A stretch of 63,049 bases of DNA, filler included, from Choristocarpus tenellus KU-1152 (Eukaryota; Protista; Phaeophyceae): NCBI GenBank assembly GCA_964200185.2. It is 10 parts of 10 records of this genome, joined end to end, with 100 filler letters (N's around TTAATTAATTAA, not from the genome) between each part and the next. Parts side by side here need not be neighbours in the genome. Positions count along the whole stretch, not along the records: positions 37,002 to 42,989 come from CAXNAD020009230.1; positions 43,090 to 54,704 come from CAXNAD020002220.1; 8 more parts are not named here. One strand, 5' to 3'. This document shows, piece by piece, positions 37,472-50,179 of this stretch. The notes under the pieces are model-generated. The model was not told the origin of the DNA. It saw only the letters and a list, made by a program, of their open reading frames with translations, and made no database searches. Position numbers and translations under genes: made by a program. Numbering within the stretch: the stretch's first letter is position 1; each line of letters starts with the position of its first letter.

Positions 37472-40400
37472 ATGGTCTTTCCACCCTGGTTCAGTGGCAT
37501 CAACATAGAATCCAGCACCGGTGCCAAAGTCCCAGCTATCATCCTACATCAGATTGAAGAGGCGGGGAGGGGGAAGGGCAATGGAAGTTATTGCACTTTC
37601 TACTTGACTAGCTACTTGACTAGCTCGGTGTGAATGACACACCAATTTAGGGTTAGGGTTACCACTGACTCAGTCAACATTTCAGGAGAGGTACCACTGA
37701 GACTCAGTCAATAGGTCTGAGGACTTTTTAAGAGCATTAAAACACATTCTTGAACTGATACACTTGACTGATGAGACATAGCGTCACATTGAAAGAACAT
37801 GTCTATTGTTTGTAGCGGGCCTGAGCCACTACACCTATTGAAGAACTAAAGAGCCAGCTAGCTTGCCCAAGCACATGTGGGATGCATATACACTAATTGT
37901 ATGATACATCTTTCACAAGGGATAGTGCCTCCCTCTTCCACGGCAAAGAGTCCCCAACTCACACAAGTCGGATTGCACACTTGGGCACGACCTGGCAGGA
38001 AAAATAAGGGGATCAGGCATACTTTGCCATCCTCATCTGCTTCCGTTGAGATACCATCCTCATCTGCTCTATATCAAACACATCCGGCAACCTGCCAGCG
38101 GTTGAGATTCTCAAAACTAGGAATGCCTTCCCATATATACAAAAAACCCTATATACATACATTAGCAGGCATCCACATACGCCTTCCACTCAACAAATCC
38201 GCCAACACCAAGTCGGCAACCGAAACATTCACAAATACGCAACCCATAGGCCTCAGGGCCACAACAATGGAGCAAAGGCTCAGGGGGTTTTTTCGACATT
38301 TTCTGACGGCATCATTGGTGCCAAATTCAGTGCCAAATTCAGTGAATAAAAACCTTCTGATATCGATAATTATGGTATTGCAGTGTAGCGGCCGAGGGCA
38401 TGAGACAAGGCTCAAGCCTGCTAGCAGGCATTCATTAGTAAACAGTAGCTGTTGCCTGACATCCTTGCTCAATATCCTCTTCCTTCTCAGCTCCTCTAAC
38501 ACAGTGGCCTTGGCCACTACAGTCATTGAAGTGCCTACGGCAGCAGCACGATGTCAATTTCAGAAATGGTCTCTTGACGACCACCTGGTGCCATCAAGAT
38601 TCAATTGGGCCCATGGAAGGTGTCTGGTTCAGCGAGCTACACACAGCAAGTGTTCCCACTCTTGTTTCAGGATCATGACACTAAATGATTGAGCGACCTC
38701 TCCCATGAACACTTAAGAAAAAGGGTTGCACTATAATTGGGGGGTGGGGATGGGTTGTATCTATTTGCAAGACTTCAAAAGTATTGTGGGTATACACTTA
38801 CACCCTCAGCAATTAATGCTCTACCATCACCCTACAGCGCCGACTACCTCTGTTCTGTTCAGCAGAAATTGGGGATTTCAGATATTGTTGGGTCACCAAC
38901 CTCCCAAAAGAGTCACAGTTTCTGCATTTGCTCCTGTAAATCACATGACTGAAGAGGGGTGAAATCATACTAACGAGTACATTACAACAAGCACACAATA
39001 AATCATCACAATATATCATCACAATAGAAAGGCACAAATAGGAAAAGTCAAAACTAAATATCAACAGTGAACCTGTATTGGTCTTTGTGGAATTAAGGGG
39101 CCAAGTACACGGCCTACTGACACAGACATATGATCATAAGCACAAAATGACAGTACCCACCTCTTTTATCATGAGGTCAAGGGAGCAGGAAGCACTATAT
39201 CAAAATTGAGTGGACTTCAAGTAGATACAAGCAGATATCCAGAGCTAGAGTGTAGCAAGGTCTTGTCAACACCACCAGTAATGTTCTTGTATTTTTTGTT
39301 CACCTCTTGGACCAAATAAATGCACACTTCAGAAGAACTTCATATTTTCTTCAAAATACTAAATTGAAATAGTTTGGTATATATACCAAGCACTCAGAAG
39401 TCTTGGTGCTACAGTTTTCTCAAGGTACTTCACAGGCGATTTACTTGTCCTCACTGGAATAGATATAGGTTGCGCTCACACGTTCAAATGGTAAGCTATT
39501 GCCCCCCTGGCCATTCCTCCCAGCAATGACACTATTTCCTACAAAGTATAAATTAACACGATACGCAAAGACAGGCAGATCATGGATTATTACCAACCAC
39601 TATTAGACTACCAGTCGAACAAAACGATAACTCTACGATAGAGGTTACATGGTCAGTTGCTGCCAAGGCATTTCATCCATGGAATAAAATGAAGATAACG
39701 CCTCAGATGGTGAATACCTTACGGAGGGCAAGTTAATCTTGGTGTGGGGGCATGGACAAAATGGAATCTAGAGGTTCCGTGCTGAAGTGTCGAAACGGTA
39801 AAAGTTTTTTGATGCAATAAAGGCCTCGGAAAAAAAGTATTCCCTCTTTGTGGCCCAACTTCTGTGAGATCCACTCCCAGCAAGGCATTTGTATATCATG
39901 CATGCACGGTAGTGGACGTACACAGTTCAATGAGCATGTGTTCAAGGTATGTGAAGAATGAAAGCGACTCATGGAAGGAGTCTGCGTCTGCCTGCAAAAT
40001 AAAAACCGCGTGTGCTGCGGCATAGAGAACAACGCGCAGCTATCTGACATCCCACACCTCTCCAGGAACCCCTGCTCCCCTTGGGCTTGTGTCAGGGAAT
40101 ACCAGGGCTAAGCCCCGGACAGCAGCCTGTCGATGAGGTCCTCCCTTCTGAACGACGTTTTCATCCGAACACGTCAGGCCTGAGAGATAGTAAAGTACCT
40201 AAATTCGGTGGATTGAATAGTGCGGAAGGCACTGTCAGAAGGCAAGGCAGAGATATTTTGATTGTCTCGACGCTGGGGCCTAGTCAAATGTCCGAACTTT
40301 AATGTGGCCAACCTTGAGTACTCTGAGCAAACCGAAATATGCGATTCCGCAATATGCGGCATTCGGGATTGAACAAGTGAAAAAAATCAACTGGAAGTCC

Positions 40401-40586
40401 AAACATAAGTGTGGGGTTTTTCACACACACCGGCACTGGCTCGGTTGCAGCTTGGGGAGGTAGGAACACACTGAAGACCATACGCGTCTTGGTAGAAGAC
40501 GATTTGTGCTCATACTGCAGAAGTCTACCCCCAAAGCATTTCCATTCCTTCTTAAGCTCAGGTTTTGATTGTTGCGCCTCAGTCAT
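37472..40586 (-). CDS. ESD: S-formylglutathione hydrolase (esterase D), 5' exons (partial)
   Basis: Phase-0 exons 40586-40431, 40198-40058 and 37543-37472 give KCFGG...[29 protein letters not shown]...[31 protein letters not shown]. Confidence 0.95.
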
Positions 40587-42210
40587 GACCACCTTAACTC
40601 GCACGAATCGCCACTACTACTTTGTTGTCAAGTTTGGAAATGGGACCATGTTCAAAGAATGTTGAACAGATTCCTTGTATTCCTCCGGAGGGGTATATAG
40701 CGATCAAAAAACATATATAATAATAAAAAGGTACATATTACATCTTTGTGTAATACTGTTAACACTACTAAATATATAGTCGTACCACTCACTTCGCAGT
40801 GTAAGGTTGTCCCATCATAACTTTTTGATTTAGACATCGAAATAAAATAAACGTATATTGATGCCCGTCACAAAGTCATCCAGAGTACGGGCTTCGTTTT
40901 TTTCTCCAATTTTTTTTTGAAGAAAGAGCGCTCATATTGGGGTTCGAACCATGGATTGTAGGTCACCAAGAAAGAGTGGCAACAGATGCTCTATTTCTTG
41001 ATTGAAGTACACTTGTTTAGAGGATAAAAAAGTCTCCCCACCCTTTCTTCCTGTGTGTTCGCGCACCCACTCTTTGACCTCGACAAGGATATCCTCGTCG
41101 ACGCCCAGAATGAAACACCTCTCGTAGTACCCTTGCTCCAACACCTTGATGTGGCCCTTAGTTTCGAAGTCTCTCCCATTTACTCACAGTTTCCGACCTG
41201 ACCATCGCATATCCTGCTGCCATCCCTTCGTTCTTACATGGGTACAGGACCCGCAGTCTTACAGCCTTTACCATCATATTTCCTCGTTGAACACCGGAAA
41301 TGGGCATCATCCGTATTTCCTGGGCGGGTCATATTTTATCACCAAGGCGCAAGAGCAAGGGAGGACAGGCTTGAGTTGATCGAAAATTGTGTTGATTTCT
41401 CAAATGAATGCAGGCGGGGAGAAAGACTTGATCAACTTTATACATCCAACCCTAAGTCCAAGGACAAAAGTAAATGTACGGCATCTTGCAATACCTTTCA
41501 CACCAAACCACCAGTTTGCAAATAGTCTCAATCTCACCTCCTCTTCTTCCCTGGCGTCCTCATCGATGGCTACCTTCACCTGCTTGACATCCTCGAGGTA
41601 AAGGATTTGATGGTAGCAAAATGTTTCTGCAGTTGCCTTTGTTACGATCGCTTTCTCCTCCACCTTGCAAGCCCTTTCGACCTTCTTTCGAACTTCAGAG
41701 CCCTAGTACCCCAACCCTAACACCTTCTTTCTCATTTCCTCGAGTCACTCTGACTCACATAGCTTCCAAACAGTCAGGGCCTGCTACAACTGTCCACTAC
41801 TAAGATATTCTACACCCGCGTTTCCGCTTAGGCGTTTCCTGAGCGCAATGGCCCCACAGACTTCGCCCCTGTACCACCTGGTGATGGGCTCGCCTCTCTC
41901 TTCCTGCTTTCCCGAGGCGACAGAGACTGCGGAGCAGTGCTCCGTATCGGTTGAAGATCCAGCCACGTTTGTGTTGTAGTGCTTTCAATGCATCTTCTCT
42001 CAGCGTCAGTGTTGCGGCTGCGTGGTCCATTGCGTGATTTGATCATACTCCTGTGCCACACTACTCGCACTTTCTCATCACCTAACATCGCACTGACAGT
42101 CACACTGTACTTGTTTTTCTGTTGCCTCTTGACAGAGAAGACGCCGAGGGTAGATCCAGAGGGCAGAGTAGCCTTGGCGCCTCTCCTTGTCTCACTGTCA
42201 TGGTCCATGT

Positions 42211-42389
42211 GACCCAAAGTATCTGGGGGAGGGGGTGGGGTCTACACCGGAGTGTCTATTTGGGCCAAAACCAGGAAAAGTGCACTTTCATTATCCATCC
42301 GACTTATGGAACCAAATCACCCAAAAATTGCGATATGAAAAAGTTAACCCCAAATGGACAGCCACCACCCCCCCCAGATACTTTGAGCC
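42211..42389 (+). mobile_element. MITE family A, full length, TSD tgt
   Basis: tgt|gacccaaagtatctggggg...ccccagatactttgagcc|tgt; the empty site is seen in the paralogue at about 4551-4565. Confidence 0.95.
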
Positions 42390-42611
42390 TGTTGCTGTGT
42401 GGGTCACCTGTGTGTGTGCTAACAGCCTGTCTGCAAATGGCGCGAAAAAGATGTTCGCAAATCTTGCTTTTTTGCGGTATTGCCGCAAGCACCGTATTTG
42501 GGCAGCGACCTAACCCGCAACAGGTTTTTGTGGGAAATTTAGTCAACCACTTCATTTTTGTACCTTTTGAGGTTGTGACCATCAAAATTGCCCCCGTTAT
42601 GTTCCTCCAAG

Positions 42612-42870
42612 GAGTGAAGGTATCTTAGAGGGTACAAGTTTTGCCCTGTTTGTCCATTTGGGGCTTGGCTTCTCATGAGTTCTTTAGTGACATTTTCCTG
42701 CTCCAAAAAGTTTAGGAGTAGGTAAAGTGTGTATGTTAGGAAAAGGTGTGTCAGGAACATAGATATTGACACTTACTAACAAAAGCGATAGCCAAGATTA
42801 TATCATAATCGCAACATCCAACTTTGGTCCCTAAATGGACGCGGCTCTACCCTCTAAGATACTTTGGCTC
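42612..42870 (-). mobile_element. MITE family B, full length, TSD aag
   Basis: aag|gagtgaaggtatcttagagggta...taccctctaagatactttggctc|aag. Confidence 0.93.
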
Positions 42871-42927
42871 AAGTTTTTGCCATTATTTGATTGGGGCATC
42901 GCTCCTGTTCACCGATGTTTGTACATT

Positions 42928-42989
42928 GACCCAAAGTATCTGGGAGGGGGGGGGGTCTACACCAAGGTGTCCATTTGGACCAAAATCAG
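42928..42989 (+). mobile_element. MITE family A, 5' part at contig end
   Basis: gacccaaagtatctgggaggg...gtccatttggaccaaaatcag. Confidence 0.88.
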
Positions 42990-43089
42990 NNNNNNNNNNN
43001 NNNNNNNNNNNNNNNNNNNNNNNNNNNNNNNNNTTAATTAATTAANNNNNNNNNNNNNNNNNNNNNNNNNNNNNNNNNNNNNNNNNNNN

Positions 43090-46000
43090 CCCCCTTCATC
43101 GCCCCTGCATCTTGCCCGGGAGGTCTTTCGGTTTTAGCTCCGCATTGCTTCCACAGCATTCAGTATTTTATCACCACTTCTTGTTAGCCTAGCGGCAGGT
43201 TTGTATCCTGCAGGATCTGAGAGGTTCGCTACAGCTGAAGGAGCGTTCACCACCTCCTACACTCTTGAGCCTTCTCCCCTCCTCAGCAGGCCTTCGATAT
43301 TATAGTGCCAAGCCAAAACCTCCCCATGACTGACCATTAAATGGGGAAGTCTAAACCCAACCTTGGGTGCAAAATCCTCACCCAACTTCTGAGAACATAC
43401 CATACAACACAGTCTCCCACAGCCCACCCTTGTACTTCCCCTGCTCCTTCTGAGGTTGCCAATAGTGGTCATGGAATCATTGCGAAAGCAAAGAAATATT
43501 TATTTGGAATTTTCTTGACTGAAACCTTGAACCAGCATTCATTGACACATGTGGTGTGGACGTAGATTCTGTCTGGGCATGACGCAGCATCGATGAAATG
43601 TCTGCAGGGGAGTTCCATTCCTCATCCCCTGTGCCTATGCGCAGACATGCCTTCCATCTCTCCAGCAAAAAGCGATCTACAGGCCCAATGAATCATTCGG
43701 AGAGTGAGAGAGAGATAGGAAAGGTATCGTAAGCTATGGCATAAGAAACATGGGTGTGTCAGTCAGTGCCTCCTCAATGTGAGCCAAAGTAAATAGTAGG
43801 TACCCGGGCTTTGGCTGTTTTGAGTTTGAAGCCAGATTTTCAATCTTTTGCAATGGCTGAAAGTATCCATAATGCTATTGATGGAGTGCAAATTTTGACT
43901 TGAGAGCACTGATTCCTCTATTGTTTGAATTTTTTTATTGAATTTAGAAAAGTTAAAATACACACTTGTAAAAATAGACAAATTTTGCGTATATTTGTCA
44001 GCATTCCTACGATGCAGCTGAGGGTACCTCTCGTTTACTCTGGCTCTATATGAATAGTGGCGTACACTACTATAACCAGAGTATCAGCTTCTCAGGCAAG
44101 GACTAGGGCATTCGATTCATTGCTGGGACCTCAACACTAACGAAGCTCTAATTGAGGTGTGCCCTCCTCTGCTCTCCCCATCCCTGTCTGCAGGATGCCA
44201 CTATATCCACTAGCTCAACCTCAAAAGCTTATGGCAACAAACATCTCCTCGAGGATGAACTGTGTCGCGGGCGACCTGGAAGTATATTTGAAGGCGATAA
44301 ACAATGGTCTCAGCCAAGAGTATAGAAAACTTGCCGTTCCCAACGATAGTGGCCTAGTCTGAGTAAAGATGTATGAGGCATTTTGTCATGGTCATTGTAA
44401 TGTTGTCAACAATGTTTTACCAAACTCATTATTGATGCGATCCCTATCTTCCTCTTCGGGACACCATGCTTTCTCCACATTGAGCGGAATATATCCAGCG
44501 TAAGTGACTTTTTTCGGAAAAAAATTTGTCCACCGCTTGTGGCCACTATGCAATTGTACCCTGTACTTGCACTAACATATATTCCATCTTTGGAAGGAGC
44601 TAGACTAAATCTTATCTAATCCTGCCTTTGTTGGGGCATTTTGCAGCATGTACGTAGGCCGATGAACGAGTATTTCCGTTAATCCTCAGAGATGAAAATG
44701 CCCGAACAAGGATAGAGTTCAAGAGGCGTTTTTCCAGATCCTGAAAAAATGGGAAGTAAACCCATCCCTTGAAAAGTACACGCTGCACTTGTATTTCGAC
44801 CATCACAAGTGGGTCTTTCGTGTTCAGCATGAATGGTGTCTCGAAGAGGAGAGTGGTCGTCATATCAAGCTTGACGAGCATGGCAAATTCAATTAGAGCC
44901 AAAATATCTTAGAGGGAAGGGCCACGTCCATTTGGGGGTCAAAATCCAATGTTGCCATTTTGATGTAATTTTGGTTATCGTGTTTGTTACGAAGTATCAA
45001 TATCCTTGTTCCGGATACACCTTTTGATAACGTAAACATTTTTCCTACTCCGAAACATTTTGGAGTAGGAAAATGTAATTAAAAAACCCATGGGAAGCCA
45101 AGCCCCAAATGGACAAACAGGGCAAAACTTTTACCCTCTGAGATACTCTCACTTATTGGCGACATTGCAGATGACCACGAAGCTCAGTATAGGCTTACTC
45201 AGCCTAAGCCACCGATGGTGGGAATGTAAAAAATTCCTGTACTCTCTCTCAGCTAACACCTGTTATTGTTTACCTTCAGAGGAGTAGAGGTTCTCCGAGA
45301 GTGTGTGCAATGAATTTCACCTCAGTTGGAGTAGAGGGAACATCTTTTCTAAATAAGTGTTGGCCTGATGCGTAGGTGTGTAAGGCTCTATCACTGTCTT
45401 CAGGGTCTCAGCAAAGTCTTTGAGTAAAATACTTGTCTTGTTTTCTTCGAGACTCATACTGTACTTTTCTGGCAGCCTCTTCTTTGAAACATTCACCGGA
45501 ATAGTAACTTACCAGCAGATCCACCTGTACAAATGTCAGAAGAACACAGATCTTGATGTTCATTTCATGCCTGAGATATTGCTCTACAGTAAACAAATTA
45601 ATGCCTAAACAAACAATTGCCCAATACTCGAGAGTACAGCCAAATTTACCATCTTGCTTGGCTTCAGCACTCCAATTCATTCCTTGATCATGTCCTCATA
45701 CTCAGTCAAGATCTCCCCCTGAACAGCTAGAGCTGCGACACCAGCACCAACTGTTTGATTATGGTGTTCCAGATTAACCTTTAAATGTACGGTCCAATCC
45801 CCTTCTCTGGAAAGCTTCAGTTTATCGACTGTATCATTATAAACATAGAAAGTTGCGGCACATAATGAAATGATACCATTCACAATCACGGCAGTATGAA
45901 CAGTTACAAAAGTCTACTACCTTTCACACCCAAGCATTGTACCATCACAAGCTTCTATTCCATACCAACATTCATACAGCCCTTGATTTCTCAACATCTT

Positions 46001-46270
46001 TTGAAGTGGGCACCCCTAACGATTAGACCTCTCCTTTTTCTCGTCCTGAGTAACATATCATCTATCCACAGCATTTTGGCGTGAGCCCTTGTAGATAATC
46101 AAGAAAATACTCTGGATGGAGTAAAAAATTGGGGGACGCATGAAGGAGTGAATGGGGTGGAGTGCACAAACATCGAAATATATAGTACCTTTGCAACCAA
46201 AAATGTATTTGATGTGTAGAAGGCGTGCTGTTTCAAACATCCTCCTCACCGTACTTTCACAAGTGAACAC
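43090..46270 (-). pseudogene. Decayed coding relic, probably transposon-derived
   Basis: Chain of protein-like minus-strand fragments broken by stops, frameshifts and a MITE. Only faint hAT-like traces (LQCRQ*LNL across the MITE site, GNTRS). Confidence 0.3.
44896..45153 (+). mobile_element. MITE family B, full length
   Basis: gagccaaaatatcttagaggg...taccctctgagatactctcact; TSD probably tta. Confidence 0.92.
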
Positions 46271-47952
46271 TACTTCCTAATGAAGAGCTGGCAATGGGAA
46301 TAGTTACAGATCACAAAATTGGCAGTGGCACAAGTGAACAACATTCATACAGAGTCTTGGGATTCTTCCCTCGCTCCTCGTCCACTTTCACGAGCTAGGC
46401 TGCAGCCACACATAGCATGAATATTGGTTCGCAGAGAACAGTCTCCTAGGGAATCTTAACTGTAGGCCAGTTTCAATTTTTAGAAAGAGGTCTTTTGAAA
46501 GTTACCAATCTCGTATAAAAGGTTAAGTAACCTAGATTTGTGGTCCATTCCCACCCACCCTCTGACACATCGTCTGCAGAATGTGAGGGGACATAATAAT
46601 ATATATGTTTCAGAATGAAGTCCTTTGAAAATAACTCCCTTCTTCCACAAAAACTATTTTGCTGCTAATTTTGGTATTTTCCCTTCACACATCACATAAA
46701 CCTGTTTCTAATATACACATACAAATATTTTGCAGTTACGGGTTTCTGTAACTGCAACGTGCGTTGGTCCACGTGCCACACGCTAATTGATAAGGCACCA
46801 CTCCATTCCATGAACATAACATCAGCACATCAGGTGGAGTGATTGTGGGTCGGACTGAATTTCCTATCTGTATTAGAGAGACAATAAGTTCTGATATCTG
46901 ATATATACCTAGTGGCCATAGCCTGTCGACTTCGAAGGTATGTGGTTCACCTCTCAAACAGGATTTCCCCAATCCCTCCCTTCGTTCAGGATTGAACGAT
47001 CCTCTGTCAAAGATAACCAGCGGTTCAAGGCATGTATATACGCAGGCTCCCGAAGATAGGATTCTTTTGTGCTGGACCTGCTAACTGAATTTACTACATG
47101 GATTCAATCTCACCTGCCCAGGAATCCGCAAGTTAATCATCCTAATCTGTGGCTGCAATAGTAGCGATTCACTGCGTGAGCCACATATCGTACGCCTTGC
47201 TGTTTTAAGCCCTCTTATCATTGGACTTTGATTGGACGATTTAACTTCTTACCATCTCGTCACTTCGTATTGGATAATTAACACCAGAAAGTAGCAATTT
47301 ATGACTGCAGCGAGCGAGAGAAAATCGTCGGTCAGTTTTGGTCTATAGTGTTGATGTCACTCGAGATAGAAAATAAAGGGAGACCGACGGGGGACTATTC
47401 ATAGGCATCTACTTCTTCTCTTCCGGTCTAGAACTCAATCGTGGGAATCAAAATCCATGTGTCTCAGTATAGAGTTGAGTTTCAGGATTGTCGTATAGAC
47501 GGAAACAGAAGGAGCAGATACTTGTATATAGTGGCCCATCTATCTAAGGCTGTTGTTGTGAGAATATGGGTGACTGCCTGCTGACATTTGAACTCCCCCC
47601 TGACCCCGTGGGCTGCCCGGACACGTCAACGGTTGCTGGATATATTTGATGGTTAATTGGTTTGTCTCATAATGTTGCAGTGTCTAACAACAGGCACAAT
47701 GTAGGAGTAAGATCCATTTTTCGAGAATTGTATTATGGAGCTATAGGGGAATATCCTGTTGACCACTGTGTTGTCACTTGTGCATCCCTACCAATGAGGA
47801 CTATGTGAAATAATTTCCTTGTGACAGATCAGCACCTATGGGAGACCCTTGTAAGTGATTGGAATAGGAAATGCACTCACAACCCCATAGATGTATTATG
47901 CTTCCTACCTTTGCTAGCGGTAGATGGGAACTGCATAGAAAACTCCAAATAT

Positions 47953-48131
47953 GACCTAAAGTATCTGGGGGGGGGGAGGCTATCTACACCAGGGTGTCCA
48001 TTTGGACCAAAACCAGGAAAAGTGCACTTTCAGTATCCATCCGACGTGTGCAACCAAATTACCCAAAAATTGCCACATGAAAAAATTGGCCCCAAATGGA
48101 CAGCCGCCACACCCCCCAGATACTTTGGGTC
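47953..48131 (+). mobile_element. MITE family A, full length, TSD tat
   Basis: tat|gacctaaagtatctggggg...ccccagatactttgggtc|tat. Confidence 0.95.
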
Positions 48132-48764
48132 TATATCCTGTGGTCTCCTTGTGAAAGCACAAGCTCCAGTCTGGATTATTTTTCATTTGATTTGAGTCGT
48201 GTAAGGACTTCACATTTTATGGTAGAAGCTTTCACATTTCATCAATAATCAACAGTACAAAGAATCAAGTGTGGTTTAAGCCCATAAATGTATGCCAATC
48301 GTTGTTGTCATGTCTATATTGCTGCATTTTTTTTAAGATAACCATTAATGGTGCATATCCACCGTATCCAAAGACATTTTTCTGCTAAGGGGCAGCATTA
48401 GTACATCGAAGTGACGTTTCTATTACATCCTTTTGTATGTTCTGAGGAGCTTTCTCTCTTGTATGATTGTACTGGTACGTTTTTGAGGAGATATCTAAGC
48501 TCACGATGACCACTAAAATGAAAACCACAAACATGTTTAGGGTTAGGAATGAACTAGGAGATTTTTGAAGAATTTTGCAACTCATCCCAAAATAGTAACA
48601 CGAATTTTTCGTCCTCGAGACCGGCCACAATCCCCTCATATGTGATGATCAACAATCTCCTTAGCAACTTTTGCCATCTCTACGTTGTGTTTTGAGTGTA
48701 TCAGAAACCCTCAGTGAGAACCTTTCATCTCCCCCTTCCATCCCCCACCCTCGACAACACACAG

Positions 48765-50179
48765 ATGAGCGACCCCGAAAATATACCAGACTGGGCACAG
48801 CCAATGAACGTCAAGGCTGCTGTCTCAAAACAAGACAATGAGGCGTTCGATGTTGCAGCCTCTATATTTGGGAATCCATCCCATATGAGGCTCCTCGAAG
48901 AAGCCCTTTACAAGGTGTGTTTGAAATGCAGGAATTTGTCCGGCGTCTTGGAGAATAGCCTTCATCCCCCCTCTCACTGTGTCTGAGAAGTGAGTGTGAA
49001 AGGATTGGAAATGTACTGCAACTTTCTTGAACTATAGTTTCAAGAGAGCCTTAGCCACACACCTTCACCACCCACCTTGCAAAATCTGGATGCCACTCTC
49101 AGGGTGAAAGCCTTGAGAGGAGATACAGACATGCCAACAACACGGTTCAGAGACTGTGGAGTGAGAGAGATCGCTGCATCAACCTGCAGGAAAGGCTGGT
49201 CTTTGGAATAGAATCTCAACAGGAGAGCTGGGCCAAAACGATTGACTGTGCAAACATCGAGGTGAGTAGTTGCTATTGTGATGTTTGAGATAGTAGATAG
49301 TGCTGGAGTGATTCTCATTTATGCGATTGAGGTCAGAATAGAGAATAGGAGATGGAAACGGCGGTAAGGCTGAGAGGATTGTAGACTGAGATTACCCAGG
49401 AGTGGCAAGAGGGTTGAACTGTCGAGGGGGTGCGATGATGGTGGGAATTGAAGTGGTAACTTGTAGTTCCATTGAATGGTTCACCAGTGGGAGATTGGGA
49501 TCAGAGCTGGGATCAAGGCCATTCGATTTGTTCACGAGTGCAGATAATGACACCCTGTAGCAGGAGATTAACCACATAATTGATTGGACATCTTGTTTGA
49601 GAGAGAGAGAGAGGAGGGCTGGATGATATTTGGAACTATTAGAAGTAAGCAGGAGTGGTTATTTTTGTTTGTGTTTGAGTGAGTATATTTACATTCCATT
49701 ATTAGGAAATGTTATTCATGAAGTACATGCACATAAGTGTATACATTTATAGCCTTATGTGATGTATTGTCGCACTAGTGTAACAAGTAGAAGCATGACA
49801 GGATAGGGGATGTCGTTGTGCATATATTGAGAAGAAAAACCCAAGATTAGTTGATGCGGATTATGTTGCACTGATCACGAAAGATGGTGCACTCATCTCT
49901 ACCAATCCTACCCTTGCAAATCTAGTGACCTACCTCAAGGGGCGGAACTCTTGGAATATTGAACAATCCATGCCTCTGTTCCCGATTTCTTCTCCAATGC
50001 TCAAAAGAGTTTAGATGCCTTGCTGACCTTCACCTTCCCACCAAAATAGATTACCAAGCTGAAAGAAGATTGTAATGAAAAGGCCAATGAAGTCAGAGAT
50101 TTGAAGGCGTTTGCTCAGGTAGGTTAACACCATTGTCACCCATGAGGAACATCCTATCGGTTTTGCTCTTCAGTTATGA
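48765..50179 (+). CDS. Hypothetical spliced coiled-coil protein or pseudogene
   Basis: Three open phase-0 GT-AG exons (48765-48914, 49103-49261, 50050-50118). The next acceptor at 50173 leads to TTA TGA and then a frame with a second TGA. No recognised domain. Confidence 0.45.

Larger units (their letters stand above)
40932..42927 (-). pseudogene. Dispersed repeat with a decayed spliced ORF (copy 2), interrupted by MITEs
   Basis: Homologous to 4280-5480. Reads MDHDSETRRGAKATLPSGSTLG...KAIVTKATAETF...EINTIFDQLKPVLP and possibly continues to LEQGYYERCFILGVDED. Confidence 0.7.

Noticed and set aside
38910-38945. VTVSAFAPV resembling the ESD SVSAFAP motif
   Set aside because: Wrong strand and wrong order relative to the ESD exons; treated as chance
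45090-45287. Recurrent small ORFs with QAPNGQTGQNLYPLRY
   Set aside because: Incidental translations of the MITE B terminus; frames are not conserved beyond it
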